From a virus: a DNA stretch of 56,910 nucleotides. This document shows, piece after piece, positions 13,170-23,447 of the stretch (within the stretch, counting starts at the first letter, position 1; every line of letters begins with the position of its first letter). The notes under the pieces were generated by a model. That model was given only the letters and a program-made list of their open reading frames with translations, ran no database searches and had not been told where the DNA came from. The position numbers were made by a program, and so were the translations under genes. The stretch is taken from positions 1 to 56,910 of the IMG/VR virus record IMGVR_UViG_3300027898_000003; one strand, given 5' to 3'.

Positions 13170-14583
13170 CTACGTCGCAGCCGCCATCAGTGCGGCGTTC
13201 ATGAAGTCCGATGCCAACGTACGGTTGTTGATGGGACCGGTGGGTTCGGGCAAGTCAGTGTCAAGCATCATGGAGATTTTTCGCCGGTGCAGCGAAATGC
13301 CGAAGTGCAAAGACGGCTTTAGGCGCTCTCGTTGGGCCATTATCCGTAACACCAGCCAGCAACTGCGCGACACCACGCTCAAAACATGGTTTAACTGGTT
13401 CCCTGACGGCATTGCAGGCACGTGGCGGGTGGGCGACAAAGTGTTCCTTATCAACATCGGGGACATCCGGGCTGAAATTCTGTTTTTGCCGTTGGATACC
13501 CCGGACGACCAGCGCAAACTGCTGTCTTTGGAGCTCACTGGTGTGTTCGTCAACGAAGCGCGTGAGGTGCACCCGGACCTGATCATTGCCGCACGGTCGC
13601 GCCTGACACGATACCCCAGTAAAAGCATGTTGGCCAAAGACCCGATCACCAAGAAAGTGCCGAAATACTGGTCCGGGTTGATCATGGATACCAACCCGCC
13701 GTCGGAAGACTCGTGGCTCTACGAGCAGTTCGAGGTCATTAAGCCCACCGGGTGGGAGTTGTACCGCCAGCCGTCGGGCCTGTCGCCGCAAGCAGAGAAC
13801 CGGGAAAACCTCGGTGACACGTACTACGAAGACATGATGGCCGGCGCCACGGAGGATTTCATCAGGGTCCACGTGCACGGGGAATACGGCCGGTCGCTTG
13901 TCGGGCGGGCGGTTTATGAGAAATCATTTGTCAAGGAATACCACGTTGCGCTTGTACCACTTCGGGCTATCGAGTACGACCTGTACCCCATCATCATTGG
14001 AATGGACTTCGGACGCACCCCGGCAGCAGTGCTTTTGCAAAGGGATGCTCGGGGGCGGATATTGGTGCTGGACGCCCTCTATGTGGAAAACATTGGACTC
14101 AAAGGCTTCTTGCAGTACCACCTCAAACCCCTGCTGTCCGAAAAGTTCTCGGCCAACCGGTACCTCATAAGCGGCGACCCGGCAGGCTGGGCCAAAAGTC
14201 AGTTAAATGAACAGAACGTTGAGGACGTTATCAAGGAAGAAGGACTGCGCTGCGTGCGCGCGCCGACCAACGACCCGACCAAACGCATCGCATCCGTGGA
14301 AAAAGCACTCAGTGGACAGGTCAACGGTGGAGCTTTGCTGTTGTTCAGCTCGTCAGACACCTCTGCCGGCATGAAGCACCTCAACCAAGCCATGTACGGC
14401 GGGTACAAATACAAGCGCAAAAAAGACGGGTCGTACGAGTCCGAGCCGGCCAAAGACGAGTTTAGCCACGTCAGCGACGCGTTGCAGTACGGAGTCCTGT
14501 GCATCGACAACGGCGGCTCGGCCGCGGCCTTTGGAACCACGCGTCGACAGGTAAAGGTTGCGCCCAGCATAGGATGGACATAG
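13159..14583 (+). CDS. terL: terminase large subunit
   Basis: Walker A GPVGSGKS. Walker B-like LTGVFVNEA. 474 aa. Position is before the portal gene. Confidence 0.9.
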   Translation: MKVNYVAAAISAAFMKSDANVRLLMGPVGSGKSVSSIMEIFRRCSEMPKCKDGFRRSRWAIIRNTSQQLRDTTLKTWFNWFPDGIAGTWRVGDKVFLINIGDIRAEILFLPLDTPDDQRKLLSLELTGVFVNEAREVHPDLIIAARSRLTRYPSKSMLAKDPITKKVPKYWSGLIMDTNPPSEDSWLYEQFEVIKPTGWELYRQPSGLSPQAENRENLGDTYYEDMMAGATEDFIRVHVHGEYGRSLVGRAVYEKSFVKEYHVALVPLRAIEYDLYPIIIGMDFGRTPAAVLLQRDARGRILVLDALYVENIGLKGFLQYHLKPLLSEKFSANRYLISGDPAGWAKSQLNEQNVEDVIKEEGLRCVRAPTNDPTKRIASVEKALSGQVNGGALLLFSSSDTSAGMKHLNQAMYGGYKYKRKKDGSYESEPAKDEFSHVSDALQYGVLCIDNGGSAAAFGTTRRQVKVAPSIGWT

Positions 14584-14698
14584 AATGCGCGAATGTACCC
14601 CCACCTTATCGTGCTTCCTGCCATGTTCGGTTACGAGCTGGGGTACCTTGGCGCGGGCACGCTGGTGTCTTTGATCTTCATTGCCAAAGGGATTTACG

Positions 14699-15241
14699 AT
14701 GACTGCATCCGAGATACTGCAAAAAGGTAACAACCCCACTACGCCGGTAACCATGGAAGGCACCATGGATTTTTACCGCAAGGCGCTCACAGGCGGCAAA
14801 AGCGCAGGGGCCACAACTCCCGGCGACATGCGCGTTGAGCAGCGACTCAAAGAAGCTGGCGTTTCCACACTTCCTGACGCCCCGGCCCCTGCGCCAAACC
14901 CCAACGCTTCCAATTACGTTGACCCCGCCACCAATATCCGCTTTGCAAACGGCGGACCCATCAAAGGAAAACCCATGATCAAGCACCCTAATATTCACCA
15001 AGACGCTCACACTGCGCCACCTCCCCACGCCCAGTCCGCAGCAGCTGCGCCGTCTGCGTTAATGATGCCAGCTTCGGCTACCGGCGCCTCCATTGGCCCT
15101 CCACCCGCAAGTGCGCAACAAGCCAACCCCGGCGGTGGTTTTGCAGATGGCGGACCTATCCGTGGAGGACGTCAAGCTCCTAAAAAGCCAAACCCATCGT
15201 TCCAGCCGTTTGGCACAAAACCCGGCGCAACACCGGCATAA
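14699..15241 (+). CDS. low-complexity Pro/Ala/Gly-rich virion-module protein
   Basis: ATG 14699 after AAAGGGA. Motifs FANGGPIKG and FADGGPIRG. Confidence 0.55.
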   Translation: MTASEILQKGNNPTTPVTMEGTMDFYRKALTGGKSAGATTPGDMRVEQRLKEAGVSTLPDAPAPAPNPNASNYVDPATNIRFANGGPIKGKPMIKHPNIHQDAHTAPPPHAQSAAAAPSALMMPASATGASIGPPPASAQQANPGGGFADGGPIRGGRQAPKKPNPSFQPFGTKPGATPA

Positions 15242-15278
15242 TGTTGTACATTACCCACCAGTAACTTCGGAGAATCCC

Positions 15279-15725
15279 ATGAAGGCAACCAATTCAGACC
15301 AGTTCGTCAACCTAGGCCCCGTTGGCGGCATGGGCGGCTCCGCTACCCCCGGCGGCTACAACCAAGGCAACATGATTGCCGGTGTGCGCGGCCCGAAGGG
15401 TGATTCAAGCCCAAAAATGGCCGGCAGTCCCGGTGCTGGCAAATTCGGCAACATTCTGGTGAACTCTGAGTTTCCCGGTGCTGGTTCCGAGACCGCCGCA
15501 CCCAAAGGCATGTTTGCCCAAGGCGACATGGTTACTGCCAAGTATGGTCCCGGCTTTCCGGCGGCTCCCGGTGACGGTGACGGCGCCAAAGGGGGTGTCA
15601 AGACTGGCGGCAACATCTTGGGTACTGCATTGGACGACCAAGGCAACCCCCGCGGCGCACCGGCTGATTCCGGCTACGCCCAAGGCGATGAGTTTGCCGC
15701 CATCAGCAAAAAGAAAAACAAGTAA
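15279..15725 (+). CDS. low-complexity Gly/Pro-rich virion-module protein (148 aa)
   Basis: ATG 15279 after GGAGAATCCC. Internal start of track ORF 15093..15725. Confidence 0.55.
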   Translation: MKATNSDQFVNLGPVGGMGGSATPGGYNQGNMIAGVRGPKGDSSPKMAGSPGAGKFGNILVNSEFPGAGSETAAPKGMFAQGDMVTAKYGPGFPAAPGDGDGAKGGVKTGGNILGTALDDQGNPRGAPADSGYAQGDEFAAISKKKNK

Positions 15726-17822
15726 ATGGCTGGTCTACTGCGCGTCGAGAACAACGCGCAGCTTGACGCACGGCAGGCCGCCGAGCAGGCTGCGCAGGAC
15801 ACCCAGAACCAACCGGTCATTCTGGGCCTAGCCGCGCACCTTAAGAAATTGTGGGAACCGGCCAAGCGTGCCAAACTCCCCATTGAGACAAAAATGTTCT
15901 CGGCTTTGCGTCAGCGCAACGGCCAATACGAACAGACAGTGGCCAACGCCATTGCCCAGCAGGGCGGCTCTAGCGTGTACATGATGATCACGGAAACTAA
16001 ATGCCGTGGGGCAGAAAGCTGGCTGCGCGATATTTTGTTGGAAGATGGCAAGCTGCCTTTTCAAGTAAGCCCCCCGCCGGACCCGCAACTTGAGCCTGAC
16101 GATATGGAGCGCGTGCAAACTGAATTTGCACAAGCCATCATGCAAAAAGTTCAGCAAGGGCAACCGTTGGACCCTTCATCGCAGCAAGACCTCAAAGAGA
16201 TTGCCGAGCAATCCATACGCGCTGAAATCATGGAAGAAGCGCAAGAAACCGCTGACGCCATGCAAACCAAGATTGAGGACCAATTCGCCAAAGGCGGCCT
16301 GATCGAAGGCTTCAACGCGTTCATTAGTGACTTGGCAACGTACCCCAACGCATTCCTCAAAGGCCCCGTTGTGCGCAGAAAACGCACTATGGCGTGGGCC
16401 AAAGACGCTACCGGCAAATGGGCGCCGCAGGTGCAAGACACTTTGATGCCCACGTACACCCGCGTGGACCCATATAGGTTCTACCCCGAGCCGGGCGTCA
16501 CCGACATCAACGAAGGCTATGTGTTTGAGCACCATCGCTTGAGCCGCCCGGAATTGGCGGCGCTCAAAGGCGTGCCGGGGTATGACGACGCCGCAATCGA
16601 CTACGTGCTTGCGCACATGCCCGGCAGCAGCACGGGCACATGGCTCAACCCTAACTACCAGCTGCAGGCTACGCTGGAGCAAAAGTTCAACATCTGGGAC
16701 CGCCCGACCGCCGTGGTCGATGCGCTGGAGTTTCATGGCAAAGTAGCCGGCAGCATGTTGCTGGAGTGGGGAATGGACCCAAGCGACGTGCCGGACCCAT
16801 CCATGGAGTACGACGTCAGCGCATGGCTGATCGACAACTGGGTCATCAAGGCCACGCTCAACTACGACCCGCTGGGCCGTAACCCTTACTACACGTCGTC
16901 ATTTGTCAAGCGTCCGGGCGCTTTTTGGGGCTCGTCCATCCCCGAGCTGATTGAAGACATTCAAAACATGTGCAACGCCGCGGCGCGTGCGTTGGTCAAC
17001 AACATGGGCTTGGCGTCGGGCCCCATGGTTGAGGTCAATGTGGACCGTCTGCCGGCTGACGAGGAAATCACCACGCTTACTCCGTGGCGCATCTTTCAAG
17101 TCACCAACGACCCGTTGGGCTCTGGCCAACCTGCCATTCGGTTCAACCAGCCCCAGAGTAACGCACAAGAGCTGATGGAGGTGTACACGCACTTCACAAA
17201 GCTGGCAGACGACCAATCCGGCATTCCGGCCTACGTGTACGGCGACATGAACGTGCAGGGCGCTGGCCGCACGGCATCTGGCTTGTCAATGCTCATGGGC
17301 TCGGCCGGTAAAGGCATCCGGCAAGTCATCATGCATCTCGACATGGACGTGATTGGCAAATTGGTCAAAGCCCAGTACGACTGGAACATGCGATACGTGG
17401 ACGACGACAGCATCAAGGGCGACTGCACCACCGAACCAAAAGGCGCGATTCAGTTGGCCACCAAAGAGCAGCTCGACGTGCGCCGCGTGGAATTTTTGCA
17501 GGCCACAGCCAATCCTATGGATTCTCAGATCGTGGGCATCCCCGGGCGCGCGGCTATCCTGCGCGAAGTTGCCAAAGGGCTCAGCATGCCGGTGGACGAC
17601 ATTATCCCCAGCAAAGAAAAGCTAGAGCAAATGCAAAAAGAGCAAGAAGCTCAACAGGCGCAAGCACAGGCCCAGCAAGCGCAACAGGGCAAGCCCGGCG
17701 GCCCACCCGCTACCGGGCAGGGGCAGCAACAGCCGGCGCAAGGTGCTCCGGTCAACCCCGGCGGGGCGCCCATGGGTGGGCAAGACGCAAACACTGTCAC
17801 CAATCAAAACACTGGACACTAG
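15726..17822 (+). CDS. portal protein
   Basis: 698 aa, the first large gene after terL. Gln-rich C-terminal tail. Assignment is by size and position. Confidence 0.75.
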   Translation: MAGLLRVENNAQLDARQAAEQAAQDTQNQPVILGLAAHLKKLWEPAKRAKLPIETKMFSALRQRNGQYEQTVANAIAQQGGSSVYMMITETKCRGAESWLRDILLEDGKLPFQVSPPPDPQLEPDDMERVQTEFAQAIMQKVQQGQPLDPSSQQDLKEIAEQSIRAEIMEEAQETADAMQTKIEDQFAKGGLIEGFNAFISDLATYPNAFLKGPVVRRKRTMAWAKDATGKWAPQVQDTLMPTYTRVDPYRFYPEPGVTDINEGYVFEHHRLSRPELAALKGVPGYDDAAIDYVLAHMPGSSTGTWLNPNYQLQATLEQKFNIWDRPTAVVDALEFHGKVAGSMLLEWGMDPSDVPDPSMEYDVSAWLIDNWVIKATLNYDPLGRNPYYTSSFVKRPGAFWGSSIPELIEDIQNMCNAAARALVNNMGLASGPMVEVNVDRLPADEEITTLTPWRIFQVTNDPLGSGQPAIRFNQPQSNAQELMEVYTHFTKLADDQSGIPAYVYGDMNVQGAGRTASGLSMLMGSAGKGIRQVIMHLDMDVIGKLVKAQYDWNMRYVDDDSIKGDCTTEPKGAIQLATKEQLDVRRVEFLQATANPMDSQIVGIPGRAAILREVAKGLSMPVDDIIPSKEKLEQMQKEQEAQQAQAQAQQAQQGKPGGPPATGQGQQQPAQGAPVNPGGAPMGGQDANTVTNQNTGH

Positions 17823-17831
17823 GAGCCCACC

Positions 17832-18020
17832 ATGACCGACGAAGTTTTAGCCGACCCGACCGCCGCTGCCGACACCGCCGTGGCTGTCCCATCAGCACCG
17901 GACTTTATTAACGACCCACTTTACGCACAAATGCAGGCCCGGTTTCAAACCGTGCAAAATGGTGCGTACGGGCGGCTGGAGCAAATTCTTGCCGAAGTGC
18001 GGTACTTGATCAACCTGTAA
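17832..18020 (+). CDS. hypothetical protein (62 aa)
   Basis: ORF in the structural operon. Confidence 0.5.
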   Translation: MTDEVLADPTAAADTAVAVPSAPDFINDPLYAQMQARFQTVQNGAYGRLEQILAEVRYLINL

Positions 18021-18028
18021 GGACCACC

Positions 18029-18376
18029 ATGGCTGCCTTTACCCCACAAACCACCAGCACGTACCAGTTCACCGTCGGTACGACGGCCATGAATATAATT
18101 TTGCCTGCGCGCCCGGGCACCATCCGTATTTTGAACGCTACGGCGGCCAACATTCTGTACGTGGAGATTGGCGGGGCTACAGCAGTCGCCCCTGTCGCTG
18201 CTACGGGCACGGGCAACGTGGCGCTCGCAGCCGCTGGGTCTATGCCTTTGGCTGGTGGCGCTGGCTCCATCCCACTGCTTTTGGAAAAGGGCGGCTCCCA
18301 GATGTTGAGCATGGTCGCCTCCGCAGCAAGTACCCAAGTATTTATTACGTTGGGGCTTGGTGACACGGTTGGCTAA
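18029..18376 (+). CDS. hypothetical virion-module protein (115 aa)
   Basis: ORF in the structural operon. Confidence 0.55.
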   Translation: MAAFTPQTTSTYQFTVGTTAMNIILPARPGTIRILNATAANILYVEIGGATAVAPVAATGTGNVALAAAGSMPLAGGAGSIPLLLEKGGSQMLSMVASAASTQVFITLGLGDTVG

Positions 18377-18448
18377 GTGTGATATAACCCGCAACAACGG
18401 CGTATTCTGGTAGCAATTCGCAAGCCGGTCACCGTCAAGGAGTAAAAC

Positions 18449-18805
18449 ATGCGTTACGAAGATTTTGCAACAAACTTAATGCGTATTGGCGAAGGTCGCG
18501 GCATCCCGGCTGCTGGACGTTTTGCTACGACTGAACGCGCGGTCAGCTCGGTGGTCACCGTCACGCTTACTCCCGTATCTGTTGCGACTATTACTGTCGC
18601 CGCCCAAACGTTTACCGGTATCCCGGGCGTCGAACTTAACGACATTGTTATTCCTGTGCGCACTCCCAACATTACGGCGACTGCGATCACTTCTGTGCAG
18701 CCGACCGCACAGAACACCATTTCTGTAAGCTTCATCAATCCAACCGCTGGTGCGCTTACCCCCACTTCCGGCGCTTACACGTTCTTGATTATCAAGACGC
18801 AGTAA
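18449..18805 (+). CDS. hypothetical virion-module protein (118 aa)
   Basis: ORF with AAGGAG upstream. Confidence 0.55.
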   Translation: MRYEDFATNLMRIGEGRGIPAAGRFATTERAVSSVVTVTLTPVSVATITVAAQTFTGIPGVELNDIVIPVRTPNITATAITSVQPTAQNTISVSFINPTAGALTPTSGAYTFLIIKTQ

Positions 18806-18806
18806 C

Positions 18807-19013
18807 ATGAAACTTAACGCAGAACAAATTAAACTCTTTGGGAATCTGGCCCGCCAGTTTCCCGAGTTTGGAGATTTTTTGTCTGCGTGGAGACAGAAAG
18901 AATTGGAGCAGTTGCCGTACGCGGCCGCTGCAAATTTGGACGTTACCCGTGGCCGCGTCCAAAGCCTTACTGAGCTTCAGAAGGCCCTTTATGGTCACCG
19001 TGATACTCCTTAG
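18807..19013 (+). CDS. hypothetical protein (68 aa)
   Basis: ORF in the structural operon. Confidence 0.5.
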   Translation: MKLNAEQIKLFGNLARQFPEFGDFLSAWRQKELEQLPYAAAANLDVTRGRVQSLTELQKALYGHRDTP

Positions 19014-19031
19014 CAATAGAAAGGCAAGGAA

Positions 19032-19982
19032 ATGGCAACCCTCCCAGCGCAGATTCAACGGCAAGTAGACGCCGCACAGGCACTTGTGGACGCGCAACGC
19101 GCACCAACAAACCCTCCTGAAGCAACGAAAACCGCAGCCCAAGAACCTGTAGCGACTGTCACGTCGCAGGAGCCTGCCCGTGTTGAAGATGAAAATAGCC
19201 AGACCTACGCTCAGCGTTGGCGCTCGCTGCAAGGAATTCACAATTCCACTAAGCAACGCCTTGACGCTTTGGAAGCGCAAAACCAACAGCTGCAACAACT
19301 AGTGTCCTCGATGCAAACCGCACCGGTGACCAGCATGGCAAACAAGCGATTCTTGACTGAACAGGACACGTCCGAATATGGTCAAGACATGGTGGATGTT
19401 ATGCGACGCGCTGCCCGCGAAGAACTCGTAGACTTTGCAGGCGCCGTGGGGTCACTGAAAGCTGATATTGACGGGCTTCGGCAAGTCGTACCAACCGTGC
19501 AACAGTTGTCCCGGGAAACACAAGTAAGTGCGCAGGAACGCTTTTTTAGCGCCCTTGCGTCGGCAGTGCCGGATTACGAAGCTATCAACGCTTCGCAACA
19601 ATTCCGGCAATGGTTGCTGTCCGCTGACCCAATGACTGGCATTTTGCGCCAGACTTATTTGGCAGACGCGCAACGTTCTGGTGACGTAGTTCGGGTGGCA
19701 AGCATCTTTAATACGTGGAAATCTCTCGCTGGAACTCAAGGTCAGACGACTACTCGGCGCACCCCGCAACAAGAACTGGAGCGCCAACAAGCGCCCGGCC
19801 GCAACCTAACTGCAGCCCCGGTGGAAAACCAAGGCCGTATTTGGGACCCACGCGAAATTTCTGCTTTTTACGATCAACGTCGTAAAGGTGAATGGGCGGG
19901 GCGGGAAGCTGAGTATAAGGCGCTTGAGCAAGACATTTTCAAAGCGCAGGCCGAAGGACGAATCGTCCGTAAAGCCGCATGA
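19032..19982 (+). CDS. putative scaffolding protein
   Basis: 316 aa, helical and Gln/Glu/Arg-rich, immediately upstream of the capsid gene. Confidence 0.55.
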   Translation: MATLPAQIQRQVDAAQALVDAQRAPTNPPEATKTAAQEPVATVTSQEPARVEDENSQTYAQRWRSLQGIHNSTKQRLDALEAQNQQLQQLVSSMQTAPVTSMANKRFLTEQDTSEYGQDMVDVMRRAAREELVDFAGAVGSLKADIDGLRQVVPTVQQLSRETQVSAQERFFSALASAVPDYEAINASQQFRQWLLSADPMTGILRQTYLADAQRSGDVVRVASIFNTWKSLAGTQGQTTTRRTPQQELERQQAPGRNLTAAPVENQGRIWDPREISAFYDQRRKGEWAGREAEYKALEQDIFKAQAEGRIVRKAA

Positions 19983-20008
19983 TTTTCTATTTTTAAGGAG
20001 TATTTCAA

Positions 20009-20929
20009 ATGCCATTTCCCGTAACTGGCGGTAGTGCAAATTACACCGGTAACTTTATTCCAGAAATCTGGTCGTCGAAGTTGATCGCCAATTTCTATGA
20101 CGCCACAGTTCTGGCCGCGATCGCCAACACCGATTACAGTGGTGAAATCACTGGTTTTGGTGACAAGGTGAACATCCGTACAACCCCTGAGTTGACCATC
20201 CGTGACTACCAGAAGGGCATGCAACTGCAAGTTGAGCGCCCTGACAAACCAAAGATCGTTCTGAACATCGACCAAGGCGATTACTTCGCTGCCGTCGAAG
20301 ACGACGTGGACCGCATTCAGGCCGACATCAACTTGATGGACGCTTGGACCCGTGACGCTTCGGAAAAAATGAAAATCAAGATCGACGCCAAAGTCTTGAC
20401 CAACATTTTGCCGAGCGTCTCCGCGTTGAACCAAGGTACTGCCGCTGGCCGTATCTCTGGCAACATCAACTTGGGCGTGACCGGCGCACCTGTTCAGCTG
20501 ACCAAAACCAACGTGGTTGACTACATTGTTGACTGCGGCGCGGTGCTGGACGAAGCCAACGCCCCTGAGACCGACCGCTGGATTATTATTCCAGCGTGGG
20601 TTGCAGCCATGATCAAGAAATCCGACATCAAGGACGCTTCTTTGTCTGGCGACAGCCAAACCCCGTTGCGCAACGGCCGTCTCGGCACGCTGGACCGCTT
20701 CACCGTGTACGTCAGCCACAACTTGAACCGCGTGATTGATTCGTCTGGCCCACAGTCGTTCTCCATCATGGCTGGTCACAAGATGGGCCTGACTTTTGCT
20801 ACCCAGATGACCAACATGGAATCCATTCGTGCTGAGTCTACTTTCGGCAGCATCGTGCGCGGCTTGCAGGTTTACGGGTATCAGGTTGTCAAGCCTGAAG
20901 CTCTGGCCCGCCTGTACGTCCGGCAGTAA
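20009..20929 (+). CDS. major capsid protein
   Basis: 306 aa. N-terminus NFIPEIWSSKLIANFYDATVLAAIANTDYSGEITGFGDKVNI is typical of podovirus HK97-fold coat proteins. AAGGAG upstream. Confidence 0.8.
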   Translation: MPFPVTGGSANYTGNFIPEIWSSKLIANFYDATVLAAIANTDYSGEITGFGDKVNIRTTPELTIRDYQKGMQLQVERPDKPKIVLNIDQGDYFAAVEDDVDRIQADINLMDAWTRDASEKMKIKIDAKVLTNILPSVSALNQGTAAGRISGNINLGVTGAPVQLTKTNVVDYIVDCGAVLDEANAPETDRWIIIPAWVAAMIKKSDIKDASLSGDSQTPLRNGRLGTLDRFTVYVSHNLNRVIDSSGPQSFSIMAGHKMGLTFATQMTNMESIRAESTFGSIVRGLQVYGYQVVKPEALARLYVRQ

Positions 20930-20958
20930 AACTAACACCGAAAAAGGAGTAATCTGAA

Positions 20959-21642
20959 ATGGCTGCAAACTATGTAACCGACCAACTGGGTCGTGTCCTG
21001 ACCACGGTGTTCACCGACTACCGTGGCGATGCGTCTATCGGCGGACCAGAAATTCTGGAAACCACGATTGACTTGTCCATCATCGGCTCCAACACCACGT
21101 TCTCCAACGTGAGTAGCCGTACCACTCTGCCCAACGGCGGTTTGGGATTGGCCGCTGGTGACTCGATTGACGTAGCGGTTTTGCCCTACAACTTTCAAGT
21201 CCAAGCGGTCCAGTTCATCGCCGACACCAACGCCCCAACGCCCGACATCATTCCAACTGGTGTGCAGGCTACTGGCGCGGCTGGTACGTTGACAGCGTTG
21301 ACTTACAGCTTGGGCCGCTACTTGGTGTCCACGGCTGACCGCGCCACGGCTATTACCGTGGGTGCTGGTGTGCAGGGCGGTGCTTTCACTGGCTCCGCTA
21401 CCACCTACGCCAGCGCGGCCAACTTGATCACCGCTTCTGCGATGAACGCCTCTGCGTTGGTCTATACGGCTGGTACCGACTACCTGCCATGGATTAACAC
21501 CGGCACTGGCTCCATCGTGACCGGCACTCAGGCTGGCGTGTATGTGCTGCGCTTAACGGTCGGTGCCTTCACCGGTACTGCTACCAACTTGAAGACCGGC
21601 AAATTCCGCTTCCGCATTGCTGGTATCGCTTACAACATCTAA
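20959..21642 (+). CDS. capsid-associated protein (possible decoration/cement protein)
   Basis: 227 aa, Ala/Gly/Thr-rich, directly after the capsid gene and before a terminator. Confidence 0.4.
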   Translation: MAANYVTDQLGRVLTTVFTDYRGDASIGGPEILETTIDLSIIGSNTTFSNVSSRTTLPNGGLGLAAGDSIDVAVLPYNFQVQAVQFIADTNAPTPDIIPTGVQATGAAGTLTALTYSLGRYLVSTADRATAITVGAGVQGGAFTGSATTYASAANLITASAMNASALVYTAGTDYLPWINTGTGSIVTGTQAGVYVLRLTVGAFTGTATNLKTGKFRFRIAGIAYNI

Positions 21643-21660
21643 ACAATGTTGTGACTTGAA

Positions 21661-21686
21661 AAAGCCCCCTCACGGGGGCTTTTTTC
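21661..21686 (+). terminator. rho-independent terminator after the capsid genes
   Basis: AGCCCCC-TCAC-GGGGGCT followed by TTTTT. Confidence 0.85.
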
Positions 21687-21720
21687 TGCTATATTCCCCA
21701 AAGATTTCAGGAGTTACCGC

Positions 21721-21975
21721 ATGACGCACCGCTTCCTAAAACACGTTGAGTCCGGCGTAATCTACATGTACGTTGAACCGTGGATTGGCCGTGAAGGGTT
21801 TATTGAAGTCGCCAACGCCGCCGGTGACCCACTTCCTGAGCCAAAAGGCGAGGCCGTGGTAAACCTTGGCAGCCGCCGCAAACCAAAAGTTACCGCAGAG
21901 CCTGCGCAGGAAATGCCCACTGAGTACGAGTTGGCGCAAGCCGGCTTGTCCGCTGACGCTTCGCGGGGCTTGTAG
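21721..21975 (+). CDS. hypothetical protein (84 aa)
   Basis: ORF with AGGAG upstream. Confidence 0.55.
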   Translation: MTHRFLKHVESGVIYMYVEPWIGREGFIEVANAAGDPLPEPKGEAVVNLGSRRKPKVTAEPAQEMPTEYELAQAGLSADASRGL

Positions 21976-22649
21976 TGGCAACTTTCCTGATGTCCCAGTT
22001 GGTCGCGGACGCGCGCATTGCCGTGCAAGACTTGGGCGTCTTGGCCACTCCCCGGTTTGCCGACGCGCAGATATTGTCGTTGGCCAACCAGACACTCAAA
22101 GCCATGGCGGTGCTGCGGCCTGACTTGTTCGCGCTTGTAACCACCATGACCACGGTGCAAGGGGCGTACCAAACGGCGCCGGCCGACAGCATTCGGTTCA
22201 TGGAAGCACTGCTTGTGGTGGGGGCTAACAACCTCAACGAAATCAATCGTGAAGCGCTGGACCTGATGAGCAACAACTGGCAGACGCTCACCCCAACTAC
22301 GCCGACCAACTGGATGCGCCACCCGCGCAACGCCAACGCTTTTTTCACGTACCCACCTGCTGCCGCCGGCATTACCCTCCAGATCGAGTACGCCCAGTCC
22401 CCGCCGTTCTACGCGTTGACACAGGCCCCGGCCATCATGCCGGATGCGTACTATTCGACGCTCCTTGATGGCACTGTGGCCCGTCTGGAAATGACCGACA
22501 ACGAGGCTTCCAACTCCGGCCGCGCAAAACTGATGAACGACATGTTTGTGAGCCAGTTGCAGACTAGCCTGCAGGCGCGCAATACGCTGGACAATGAAAG
22601 CGGTGGCGGCACCGACGACATTGCTTCACCACCGGGAGCTGTAACGTAA
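21975..22649 (+). CDS. virion structural protein (possible head-tail adaptor)
   Basis: 224-aa ORF. Assignment is by position only. Confidence 0.4.
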   Translation: MATFLMSQLVADARIAVQDLGVLATPRFADAQILSLANQTLKAMAVLRPDLFALVTTMTTVQGAYQTAPADSIRFMEALLVVGANNLNEINREALDLMSNNWQTLTPTTPTNWMRHPRNANAFFTYPPAAAGITLQIEYAQSPPFYALTQAPAIMPDAYYSTLLDGTVARLEMTDNEASNSGRAKLMNDMFVSQLQTSLQARNTLDNESGGGTDDIASPPGAVT

Positions 22650-23446
22650 TGCAAAAATTCACAGACATCGTTTTGGCTGCCAGCGGCGGCGGCACTGCGT
22701 CTCCACTTGGCAACGCCACTGTTACGGTAACGCAAGCGATCGGTGGCGCAACCGCCGCGATTTATTCAGACAACGGCGTCACCCCACTGGCCAACCCATT
22801 CACAGCAGACAACACTGGTCGCGTGTCGTTTTACGCTGCCGACGGACGATACACCATCACTGTGGCCAAGACCGGGTTTACCACGGTAACCATCGCCGAC
22901 ATCATCCTTGAAGATTCTCAGGACACTCTGACGTTCACGGACACCGGCACGCTTGGCGCATGGCAAAGCACGACCAACAGCTACAACCAGCTGATGATTC
23001 AAAACAAGAGCAACGGCAGCACAGCCAGCGCTAGTTACGTGTTTAACAACGATGTAGCAACTACTTCGACCAACTACGGTGAGGTGGGCATCAACAGCTC
23101 TGGGTACAGCGGCACAGGGCCTTTTAACCAGCCCGGGTATTGCTACGTAGCGTCGGCCACAACGCCCCTTGCGATCGGCACTTACAGCAACCAGCCGATT
23201 TACTTTGTCGTCAACAGCGGGGCTACGGCGGCAGCAACAATCGACACTAGCAACAGGCTGCTTGTTCCAAACGGTACCGTAGTCGCTCCTGTTGCGTTTG
23301 CTTCTTTGCCAGCGTCCCCCATTGCGGGGCAACGCGCAATGATCAACAACAGCGTTGCTGCACCTGCGTTTTTGTCAACCGCAGCGGGGGGTGGTTCTAC
23401 AACCGTGCCAGTGTTTTACAACGGCACCGCATGGCTGGTGGGCTAA
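22649..23446 (+). CDS. tail-fibre/tail-associated structural protein
   Basis: The N-terminal segment VTVTQAIGGATAAIYSDNGVTPLANPFTADNTGRVSFYAADGRYTITV looks like a beta-sandwich. The C-terminus is GGGSTTVPVFYNGTAWLVG. Confidence 0.5.
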   Translation: MQKFTDIVLAASGGGTASPLGNATVTVTQAIGGATAAIYSDNGVTPLANPFTADNTGRVSFYAADGRYTITVAKTGFTTVTIADIILEDSQDTLTFTDTGTLGAWQSTTNSYNQLMIQNKSNGSTASASYVFNNDVATTSTNYGEVGINSSGYSGTGPFNQPGYCYVASATTPLAIGTYSNQPIYFVVNSGATAAATIDTSNRLLVPNGTVVAPVAFASLPASPIAGQRAMINNSVAAPAFLSTAAGGGSTTVPVFYNGTAWLVG

Positions 23447-23447
23447 C

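Noticed and set aside
15093-15278. Possible programmed frameshift joining 14699..15241 to the frame of 15093..15725
   Set aside because: The downstream frame is +1 (not -1) relative to the upstream gene. I saw no slippery heptamer or pseudoknot. ATG 15279 has its own GGAG.
19874-20968. 364-aa minus-strand ORF covering the capsid gene. Similar long antisense ORFs lie at 13170-13878, 27758-28594, 29843-30670, 37935-38714, 39626-40330 and 41304-42245
   Set aside because: They lie antisense to genes with clear motifs (capsid, terL, lysis cassette, giant protein). They have Arg/Val/His-rich shadow-frame composition and no RBS. They are typical artefacts of GC-rich and low-complexity coding sequence.
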